This document shows positions 1 through 7,141 of a stretch of 10,828 nucleotides of DNA, in pieces; within the stretch, counting starts at the first letter, position 1; every line of letters starts with the position of its first letter. The notes under the pieces were generated by a model, which saw only the letters and a list, made by a program, of their open reading frames with translations, was not told where the DNA came from and ran no database searches. The stretch is from a bacterium (lineage in GTDB: Bacteria; Fidelibacterota; Marinisomatia; Marinisomatales; UBA1611). The stretch spans positions 38,951 to 49,778 of the forward strand of contig JAYPIC010000006.1 in the NCBI GenBank assembly GCA_038127595.1. Reading direction: 5' to 3'. The position numbers and the translations under genes are program-made.

Positions 1-546
1 ATACCTGCCGGTTTGTCTCTTATTGTTGTTATTATGCTAGCAGGCACACTAAATATGCAGGATATTATTAAATATCAGGCAGGTGGAATTTTTAATTGGA
101 TTATTTTTGATAATCCATTCGTTCCAATAGCATTTGTTGTTTATTTTATTAGTGCTATCGCCGAAACGAATAGGACTCCTTTTGATTTACCCGAATCTGA
201 ATCTGAATTGGTTGCTGGCTTTGCGACTGAATATTCTGGAATGAGGTATGCTTTCTTTTTCTTAAGTGAGTACGCAAATATGTTTGTTGTCAGTGCTGTG
301 GCTGCTGCTGGTTTTTTAGGTGGATGGCATAGTCCGATTCAAGGGTTTATGGATTCTCCGGCATGGGGGGTTTTTTGGATGATCAATAAAACTGGTTTTC
401 TTATATTTGTCATGATTTGGCTTAGGTGGACACTTCCAAGATTAAGAGTTGATCAATTAATGAATGTATGTTGGAAAGTTTTTCTTCCATTAGCTCTGAT
501 CAATATTTTTGGTGTTGCGATATGGACAGTTGTATTTAATTCATAA
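1..546 (+). CDS. nuoH: NADH:quinone oxidoreductase subunit H (5'-truncated by window edge)
   Basis: Frame is open from base 1 (IPAGLSLIV..., the end of the conserved SYEIP region), so the ORF-track start at 13 is internal. It carries the NuoH/ND1 signature AETNRTPFDLPESESELVAGFATEYSG and WLRWTLPRLRVDQLM. Stop TAA at 544-546. Confidence 0.97.
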   Translation: MPAGLSLIVVIMLAGTLNMQDIIKYQAGGIFNWIIFDNPFVPIAFVVYFISAIAETNRTPFDLPESESELVAGFATEYSGMRYAFFFLSEYANMFVVSAVAAAGFLGGWHSPIQGFMDSPAWGVFWMINKTGFLIFVMIWLRWTLPRLRVDQLMNVCWKVFLPLALINIFGVAIWTVVFNS

Positions 547-555
547 GGTAGATAA

Positions 556-1140
556 ATGAAAAGATATTTTACAGATATATATGAAAGTGTTAGTTCAATA
601 TTAGGTGGTATGAGCATCACTTTAGTACATCTTTTTAAAGCTAGAAATGATAATGTTACTCTTCAATATCCTGAAGAAAAGTGGCCAAGGCCAGAAAGAA
701 ACATTGGATTTGACCATAACAGCTACAATGTTATTAGGTCAAGATTACATGTTGATATGGATGATTGTATTGGGTGTTTAAAATGTGAAAGAGCATGTCC
801 TGTAGACTGTATTAAAATTGAAACAGAGAAAGCACCTGCTCGTGGCGAAGATTTAAAAGAAATCAAACACAAGGGTGTAACTTCAAATGGTACTAGAAAG
901 GCTTTGGTTGTAACGAGGTTTGACATAGATATGTCTGAATGTTGTTACTGTAACTTATGTACCTACCCATGCCCTGAGGAATGTATTTTTATGACTGGCG
1001 GGCCCAATGCCAAGAAGCATCCAATAGATTATGAGTTCTCAGAGCCTGACAGAAGTGATCTAATATATAGGTTTGCAAAAAAAGGTGCGAAAGAGGGTCT
1101 AGCTGAACTTAATAACGCAAAGCAGGAAGCTGAAGCGTAG
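556..1140 (+). CDS. nuoI: NADH:quinone oxidoreductase subunit I, 2x[4Fe-4S] ferredoxin-type
   Basis: N-terminal TLQYPEEK motif, two CxxCxxCxxxCP motifs (CIGCLKCERACP and CCYCNLCTYPCP), RFDIDM..C and DYEFS motifs. Located between nuoH and nuoJ. Confidence 0.96.
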   Translation: MKRYFTDIYESVSSILGGMSITLVHLFKARNDNVTLQYPEEKWPRPERNIGFDHNSYNVIRSRLHVDMDDCIGCLKCERACPVDCIKIETEKAPARGEDLKEIKHKGVTSNGTRKALVVTRFDIDMSECCYCNLCTYPCPEECIFMTGGPNAKKHPIDYEFSEPDRSDLIYRFAKKGAKEGLAELNNAKQEAEA

Positions 1141-1144
1141 TTAA

Positions 1145-1633
1145 ATGGCCGATTTAGTTTTTTGGATCATTGCTGCTGTTACAATAATGTCAGCTGCTTT
1201 TGTAGTTTTAAATAATCAATTAATCTACTCAGCTGTGGCCTTGTTGTTCACCCTTTTTGGTGTTGCCGGGTTGTATGTTTTTTTATGGGCTGACTTTATA
1301 GCAGGGATTCAAATTTTAGTTTATGTTGGTGGAATTTTGGTCCTTGTGATATTTGGAATAATGTTAACAAATAAAATTAAATCAGTTCGTATTTCTCATA
1401 AAAGTATGCAGCAGGGTGTAGGTGGGGTAGTTACATTTTGGTTTTTTATATTTTTGTTTATTGCATTGACAAAGGCTCCGTGGGCTTTTAGTGATGCTGT
1501 CGAGCCAGTTGGTACTGTGAGAGAAATTGGAGTTCTTCTGCTAACCGATTTTTTACTTCCATTTGAAATTATTTCGTTGCTCTTATTAGGTGCTCTAATC
1601 GGTGCTGCGGTATTATCAAGGGGTGAATCTTGA
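1145..1633 (+). CDS. nuoJ: NADH:quinone oxidoreductase subunit J (compact, 162 aa)
   Basis: Hydrophobic protein with ADFIAGIQILVYVGGILVLVIFGIML and C-terminal LLPFEIISLLLLGALIGA, both typical of NuoJ/ND6. Synteny agrees. Confidence 0.95.
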   Translation: MADLVFWIIAAVTIMSAAFVVLNNQLIYSAVALLFTLFGVAGLYVFLWADFIAGIQILVYVGGILVLVIFGIMLTNKIKSVRISHKSMQQGVGGVVTFWFFIFLFIALTKAPWAFSDAVEPVGTVREIGVLLLTDFLLPFEIISLLLLGALIGAAVLSRGES

Positions 1634-1938
1634 TGGATAGCATTAATTCATATTTATTCATATCATCAATGCTATTTTGTTTGGGTTTATTTGGCGTTAT
1701 TACCAGAAGAAATGCGATTGCTGTTTTAATGGGTGTTGAGCTAATACTTAATGCTGCAAATATTAATTTTGTTGCTTTTTCCAAATTTAACGGGATGAAT
1801 ATTGACGGTCATATTTTTAGTTTAATGGTTATAGTATTAGCTGCAGCTGAAGCCGCTGTAGCTCTCGCAATTATCATAAATATATACAACAATATGAATA
1901 CAATTAATATCGATGATGCAGCGGAGTTAAAAAGATGA
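1633..1938 (+). CDS. nuoK: NADH:quinone oxidoreductase subunit K
   Basis: RRNAIAVLMGVELILNAANINFVAFS and AAAEAAVALAI contain the two conserved Glu. The ATG at 1633 overlaps the nuoJ stop (TGATG) and is preferred over the TTG at 1630. Confidence 0.96.
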   Translation: MDSINSYLFISSMLFCLGLFGVITRRNAIAVLMGVELILNAANINFVAFSKFNGMNIDGHIFSLMVIVLAAAEAAVALAIIINIYNNMNTINIDDAAELKR

Positions 1939-3992
1939 TTGAGAGTCCAATGATAACCTTTCCTCTGCTCATTCTATTTTTGCCTCTTATTTCTTTCATT
2001 ATACTGATATTTTTCGGTAAAAAATTACCCAGGCAAGGTGATTGGGTTGCAGTAGGTTCAATAGTGACAACATTTATTTTGGCTGTGTATATCTTCGTTC
2101 AAATGTTGACAAACTATGATGCTAATTTTAGTCATGGTGCCTCATTATCTTGGATCGATATGGGTGCATTTAAGATAGATTTAGGCATTTTAGTTGATAA
2201 TCTTACCATTGTGATGTTGTTAATTGTTACATTGGTATCAAGTTGTACACATATATTTTCTCTTGAGTACATGAAAGGTGATGTCAGGTACAACAGATAT
2301 TATGCATATTTAGGTTTATTTACATTCTCTATGAATGGTATCGTTTTAGCTGATAACCTAATTTCAATGTATATGTCATGGGAATTGGTGGGTGTAAGTT
2401 CATATTTACTTATTGGCCATTGGTTTGAAAAGGATAGTGCTGCAAATGCTAGTAAGAAGGCATTTTTAACGAATAGAGTTGGAGACATTGGATTTTTTAT
2501 CGGAATAATGTTGCTCTATTCAGCTGTTGGAGCCTTTACATTTGCTCCAATCTTTGATTCAATTTCTGGTGGAGAAGCTATTGCAGGCATGACTTTAACA
2601 CTTGCAGGCTTGGGTATTTTTATGGGAGCGGTAGGTAAATCATCTCAGTTTCCATTGCACATTTGGCTCCCTGATGCTATGGAAGGTCCCACACCTGTGT
2701 CAGCATTGATGCATGCTGCTACAATGGTTGCAGCCGGCGTATATATGTGTGTGCGTTTGTTCCCTATCTTTACTGCTGATGCTCTTACTGTCATTGCTTA
2801 CATTGGAGCTATTACTGCAATTTTAGCTGCATTGACAGCCATAACTCAAAATGATATTAAAAAAGTTTTGGCCTATTCAACAGTTAGTCAATTGGGTTTT
2901 ATGGTTTTAGCTGTGGGTACAGGTGTTTACACTGCTGCATTTTTTCATTTACTAACTCATGCAATGTTTAAAGCAAACTTGTTTTATTGTAGTGGTTCAG
3001 TAATTCATTCAATGCATCATGCTTTGCATGAAGCACATGATCACGATACTGACCCACAAGATATGAGAAACATGGGCGGCTTTAGAGAAAAAATGCCCAT
3101 CACATATTACTCAATGCTAATTAGTACTCTTGCTATCGCTGGTGTTCCTTTGTTCTCAGGGTTTTTATCTAAAGATGCTATACTCGCTGGTACTCTTGCA
3201 TTTGCTCAGCAAAACCCCGGACACTTTTTATTGCCTCTTTTAGGGTTTTCTGCAGCAGCAATTACGGCATTTTACATGTTCCGTCTGATTTTTATGACGT
3301 TTCATGGAAAACCAAATATGAAAAATATTTTTAAAGATATACATGAGTCGCCAAAAGAGATGACTGGGCCAATTGTTTTATTGGGGGCCTTAAGTTTTTT
3401 CATCTTTTACACATTACCAAGCAATTTTAATCCCATTAAGGACAAAGGTTGGTTTACAGATCTCATTGTTCCCAGAAACTCCTCTGTTCCAGGTAGTTTA
3501 ACGGCTAATGAGATCGCTGAATATGCTCATCATGCTCACTATTTAGCAATGGGCCTTTCACTATTTGTGGCTGCTGCTGGAATATTGCTGGCAGTACTTA
3601 TGTACCAGAGACAGTCTATTTCTGCAGAAAAATTAGCCACTAAATTCGGGTTTCTGTATCATTGGAGTTACAATAAGTTTTATTTTGATGAGAACTATAA
3701 CAGGTACTTATACCAGCCATTTCTTAGATTAGCTAATTCTATTTCTTGGTTAGATTGGGAATTCTATGATAAATATTTCATCAATGGTTTTGGAAAATTA
3801 ACAAAGTTATTTAGCAAAATTTCTGGCAAGTTTGACTATGATGGAATTGACCAGGGTTTAGTGGATGGTTTTGGTAGGGTTTCCGCGGTCAGTGGAAATT
3901 TTCTAAGAAACATACAGACTGGGCGATTACAAAATTACTTATTATTTGTCGTGGCCGGTATTTTAGTAATAATAATTGCTCAGGCATTTTAA
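1935..3992 (+). CDS. nuoL: NADH:quinone oxidoreductase subunit L (antiporter-like), with extended HL helix and His-rich inserts
   Basis: Motifs WELVGVSSYLLIG, KKAFLTNRVGD, GKSSQFPLHIWLPDAMEGPTPVSALMHAATMV, DIKKVLAYSTVSQLG, FHLLTHAMFKA, GFLSKD and C-terminal QTG..QNY. ATGA overlap with nuoK and GGAG at 1923-1926. Confidence 0.98.
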   Translation: MIESPMITFPLLILFLPLISFIILIFFGKKLPRQGDWVAVGSIVTTFILAVYIFVQMLTNYDANFSHGASLSWIDMGAFKIDLGILVDNLTIVMLLIVTLVSSCTHIFSLEYMKGDVRYNRYYAYLGLFTFSMNGIVLADNLISMYMSWELVGVSSYLLIGHWFEKDSAANASKKAFLTNRVGDIGFFIGIMLLYSAVGAFTFAPIFDSISGGEAIAGMTLTLAGLGIFMGAVGKSSQFPLHIWLPDAMEGPTPVSALMHAATMVAAGVYMCVRLFPIFTADALTVIAYIGAITAILAALTAITQNDIKKVLAYSTVSQLGFMVLAVGTGVYTAAFFHLLTHAMFKANLFYCSGSVIHSMHHALHEAHDHDTDPQDMRNMGGFREKMPITYYSMLISTLAIAGVPLFSGFLSKDAILAGTLAFAQQNPGHFLLPLLGFSAAAITAFYMFRLIFMTFHGKPNMKNIFKDIHESPKEMTGPIVLLGALSFFIFYTLPSNFNPIKDKGWFTDLIVPRNSSVPGSLTANEIAEYAHHAHYLAMGLSLFVAAAGILLAVLMYQRQSISAEKLATKFGFLYHWSYNKFYFDENYNRYLYQPFLRLANSISWLDWEFYDKYFINGFGKLTKLFSKISGKFDYDGIDQGLVDGFGRVSAVSGNFLRNIQTGRLQNYLLFVVAGILVIIIAQAF
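3750..3911 (+). repeat. Degenerate in-frame tandem repeat (2 x 81 bp, 27 aa) within the nuoL HL helix
   Basis: LDWEFYDKYFINGFGK (3750-3797) aligns without gaps to FDYDGIDQGLVDGFGR (3831-3878). The 10-mer ATGGTTTTGG occurs at 3784 and 3865, exactly 81 nt apart. Confidence 0.75.
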
Positions 3993-4017
3993 TCAATAGG
4001 ATACAAGAGATACACAC

Positions 4018-5562
4018 ATGGAGAATATTCTTAGTTTACTAATCTGGATTCCTATCTTGGGGGCAATCGTAGTCGCCTTTCTCCCGAGAGATAAGGATAA
4101 TTTAATCAGATATACATCAGCAGCTGTTACAGGATTACAGTTTGTTATTGCTATTGTACTTTGGAGAAAATTTGACCCTTTAAATGGATCTATGCAGTTT
4201 ATGGAAAGGTATGAATGGATACCTTCTTTGAACATATCTTATATCTTAGGTGTTGATGGCTTGAGTCTTCCGATGGTCCTTTTGACGGGGATGCTATTTT
4301 TTATTGGAGTTTTTGTTAGTTGGAATATTAAAAAAGCGGTTAAAGGCTATTTTTCTCTATACTTGTTATTAGATGCTGGTGTAGTTGGGGTTTTTCTTTC
4401 TTTAGACTTTTTCCTATTTTATATATTTTGGGAAGTAATGCTTTTGCCGATGTATTTCCTAATTGGAATGTGGGGCGGACCTCAAAGGGAATATGCAGCA
4501 ATAAAATTTTTCCTTTACACTCTTTTTGGATCTGTATTGATGTTGATAGGTATACTTGGTCTATACTTCACATGCGGAAAAACATTTGATATACTTTTGA
4601 TCATGGAAAGAGCGCCAGAGGCTCTCAATGGAGTTCTTTGGTGGGGAATGAGCGCAGCCAAGGTTATATGGGTGCTAGTCTTCATAGGCTTTGCTATCAA
4701 AGTTCCTGTATTTCCTTTCCATACATGGCTTCCATTAGCTCATGTTGAGGCGCCTACAGCTATTTCCGTATTGTTGGCTGGCATACTTTTAAAATTGGGA
4801 GTGTACGGTATTATTAGGGTTAATTATGGTATAATGCCCAATGAGGTGTATTGGTTTGCTGGGGGTCTTGCCTTTCTTGGGCTTGTAAATGTCATATGGG
4901 GTGGTTTGTGCGCTTTAGCTCAAACAGATCTGAAAAAATTAGTAGCATACTCCAGTATTAACCATATGGGTTATTCATTATTGGGAATGGCTGCTGTTGT
5001 CGCTGCTGGAGCGATGAATGGTGGTGACCTTAAAGCTGCTCAAGCTGGTTTAAGTGGGGCTGTTTTTCAAATGTTTAACCACGGTACAATATCTGCAATG
5101 CTTTTTATTTTAGTTGGAGTCGTTTATGAGAGAGCCCATCATCGTGATATAGATGGTTTTGGCGGCTTAGCTAGTCAAATGCCAGTTTATACAGGCATTA
5201 CTGCACTAGCATTTTTTGCAGGACTTGGACTACCTGGTTTTTCTGGTTTTGTTAGTGAAGCCATGTGTTTCATTGGAGCTTTTCCAGTTTTTAGAACTAT
5301 TGTCATCCTGAGCACTATTGGTATACTACTTAATGCCGCATACTTTTTGTGGGCATTTCAGAGGGTGTTTTTTGGAAAGCTTAATGAGAAATATAAAGAT
5401 ATGGAAGAAATCAATGGCCTGGAGCTATTCACCGTGATACCGCTAGCCGTTATTACTTTATTCTTTGGAATATACCCTGGTCCTTATCTTGATTTAATTA
5501 AAGCTACAATGGATCAAATTATTGAAAAGGTTGCGTTTGTTGCCACATACGCTGCACTCTAA
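4018..5562 (+). CDS. nuoM: NADH:quinone oxidoreductase subunit M (antiporter-like)
   Basis: Motifs LGVDGLS, FWEVMLLPMYFLIGMWG, YAAIKFFLYT, AIKVPVFPFHTWLPLAHVEAPT, LLKLGVYG, DLKKLVAYSSINHMG, YERAHHR and GLPGFSGFVSE. Confidence 0.98.
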   Translation: MENILSLLIWIPILGAIVVAFLPRDKDNLIRYTSAAVTGLQFVIAIVLWRKFDPLNGSMQFMERYEWIPSLNISYILGVDGLSLPMVLLTGMLFFIGVFVSWNIKKAVKGYFSLYLLLDAGVVGVFLSLDFFLFYIFWEVMLLPMYFLIGMWGGPQREYAAIKFFLYTLFGSVLMLIGILGLYFTCGKTFDILLIMERAPEALNGVLWWGMSAAKVIWVLVFIGFAIKVPVFPFHTWLPLAHVEAPTAISVLLAGILLKLGVYGIIRVNYGIMPNEVYWFAGGLAFLGLVNVIWGGLCALAQTDLKKLVAYSSINHMGYSLLGMAAVVAAGAMNGGDLKAAQAGLSGAVFQMFNHGTISAMLFILVGVVYERAHHRDIDGFGGLASQMPVYTGITALAFFAGLGLPGFSGFVSEAMCFIGAFPVFRTIVILSTIGILLNAAYFLWAFQRVFFGKLNEKYKDMEEINGLELFTVIPLAVITLFFGIYPGPYLDLIKATMDQIIEKVAFVATYAAL

Positions 5563-5573
5563 GGTTTAGCTAA

Positions 5574-7064
5574 ATGACAAATCTCCAAAGTTTAGAGTTT
5601 TTTATCCCAGAGTTAATTTTGACAATTACAATATTGGCTGCTCTAATTACTGATCTTTTTGTGAAAAAATCTAAGACGAATATGATCGGCTGGGTTCTTG
5701 GTGTTGGTTTAGTTGTTGTAGGGCTCTCTGTTCATAATTTGAGCTCTGTACCTCCAACGACATTATTTCTAGACATGATTGTAATAGATCCTTTCAGCTC
5801 GTTTATGAAAATTGTTATTATACTATCTACGCTGCTGGTAATCGTTGCCAGTTGGGTAAACGATGAGTTAGAAAAATATAGGAAAGGTGAATATTTCACT
5901 ATAATGGGTATAATGGTAATGGGTTTATTTTTAATGACATCATCTGTAGACATAATAATGTTATACATTTCTATTGAAGTTGTTTCAATTATGTCGTTCG
6001 TGCTTGCTGCCTATCTAAAATTAGATACTCGGTCAAACGAGGCTGGATTAAAGTATGTCATTTATGGAGCATTTAGTTCTGGGGTAATGTTGTTTGGCTT
6101 GAGCATCGTATATGGGTTAGCTGGTAGTACAAATTATTTTGCTATCCAAGATACTCTTTCTAGTCTTGATGGTTCTGCAAACCCAGCCCTAATAATGGCA
6201 TTATTAATGATATTTGCTGGATTTGGCTACAAAATTTCTTCTGTTCCTTTTCATTTTTGGACACCAGATGTATATGAAGGTTCACCCTCAACAATTACAG
6301 CATATTTATCTGTTGCCCCAAAGGCTGCGGGTTTTGCAATGATCATAAGGTTTTTTCATCAAGTCTTTTCAGACAGTATAGGATTAACTAGTAATGCTAT
6401 TGGATCCACAGATTTACCGTGGCCTGAAATTATTGGCGTTCTAGCTGTTGTGACAATGACTATGGGGAATTTAGTTGCCATCCAACAAAAAAGTATCAAA
6501 CGTATGCTTGCGTATTCTAGCATTGCCCATGCAGGTTATATGATGTTAGCACTTCCAGTTTTGTCCATGGAGGCAGTTGAGTCAGTTATGATCTATCTTT
6601 TTATTTATGTCTTTATGAATCTAGGTGCATTTTTCATTGTTATTTTTGTTAAGAACAAAACAGGTGGAGAATCTTTTGAAGACTTTGAGGGTCTGGGATG
6701 GAAAATGCCAATAGTAGGTGCATTTATGACTTTATTCATGTTGTCCTTAACAGGGTTGCCTCCTACTGCAGGCTTTGTAGGTAAATTGTATATCTTTAAA
6801 ACATTAGTTGGCGCTGGCAGTGAATTTTTGTGGTTAGTTGTAGCTGGAGGCGTAAACAGTGTTATTTCTCTATATTATTATTTTCATGTTGTGAAAGTGA
6901 TGTTTTTAGGCGGTAAAAGAAGCGATGTGATAACATATCCTCCCTCGACGATGTTTGGTCTTATGATTTTTACAGCAGTTCCTTCTTTATTACTTGGTTT
7001 ATATTGGAACCCTTTAGCTTCATGGGTTAAAGATTCGTTAGTGTTTTACACCCAAGTAATGTGA
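5574..7064 (+). CDS. nuoN: NADH:quinone oxidoreductase subunit N (antiporter-like)
   Basis: Motifs SNEAGLKY, GYKISSVPFHFWTPDVYEGSP, SVAPKAAGF, IKRMLAYSSIAHAGY, SLTGLPPTAGFVGK and NSVISLYYY. Confidence 0.98.
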   Translation: MTNLQSLEFFIPELILTITILAALITDLFVKKSKTNMIGWVLGVGLVVVGLSVHNLSSVPPTTLFLDMIVIDPFSSFMKIVIILSTLLVIVASWVNDELEKYRKGEYFTIMGIMVMGLFLMTSSVDIIMLYISIEVVSIMSFVLAAYLKLDTRSNEAGLKYVIYGAFSSGVMLFGLSIVYGLAGSTNYFAIQDTLSSLDGSANPALIMALLMIFAGFGYKISSVPFHFWTPDVYEGSPSTITAYLSVAPKAAGFAMIIRFFHQVFSDSIGLTSNAIGSTDLPWPEIIGVLAVVTMTMGNLVAIQQKSIKRMLAYSSIAHAGYMMLALPVLSMEAVESVMIYLFIYVFMNLGAFFIVIFVKNKTGGESFEDFEGLGWKMPIVGAFMTLFMLSLTGLPPTAGFVGKLYIFKTLVGAGSEFLWLVVAGGVNSVISLYYYFHVVKVMFLGGKRSDVITYPPSTMFGLMIFTAVPSLLLGLYWNPLASWVKDSLVFYTQVM

Positions 7065-7141
7065 AAAGTTTTTATTTCTGAATCTTTTGTATTGTAATTT
7101 TAAACCCTAATATTTAATAAAAAATAAAGCTTAGCGGTTAA
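7065..7141 (+). promoter_or_regulatory. 77-bp very AT-rich nuoN-nqrA spacer, possible weak internal promoter, no intrinsic terminator
   Basis: Contains -35-like TTGTAT/TTGTAA (7087-7097) and -10-like TAATAT (7108-7113), but the spacing is suboptimal and such matches are expected by chance at this AT content. No GC-rich hairpin followed by a U-tract is visible. Confidence 0.25.

Noticed and set aside
13..15. ORF-track start for nuoH at 13 (and similarly the TTG start at 1630 for nuoK)
   Set aside because: nuoH is open upstream to the window edge and lacks its N-terminal half here. For nuoK the adjacent ATG at 1633, coupled to the nuoJ stop, is more plausible.
4018..5562. C-terminal helix extension on NuoM, as seen in one type of 2M complex
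   Set aside because: NuoM ends shortly after its last TM helix (GIYP...DQIIEKVAFVATYAAL) at a normal length of 514 aa.
1935..7064. Mrp antiporter or hydrogenase (Hyf/Ech/Mbh) membrane module as an alternative identity
   Set aside because: The gene order H-I-J-K-L-M-N and subunit-specific motifs match Nuo. No MrpB/E/F/G or NiFe subunit is visible in the window.
7059..7076. Possible Rex or CRP-family operator (ATGTGAAAAGTTTTTATT) overlapping the nuoN stop
   Set aside because: Only the left half-site TGTGAA matches and the right half does not resemble TTCACA. TGA is also constrained as the stop codon.
7069..7128. Inverted repeat TTTTTATT / AATAAAAA as a terminator
   Set aside because: The stem is A/T-only with a roughly 39-nt loop and no downstream U-tract, so it is too unstable and is expected by chance.
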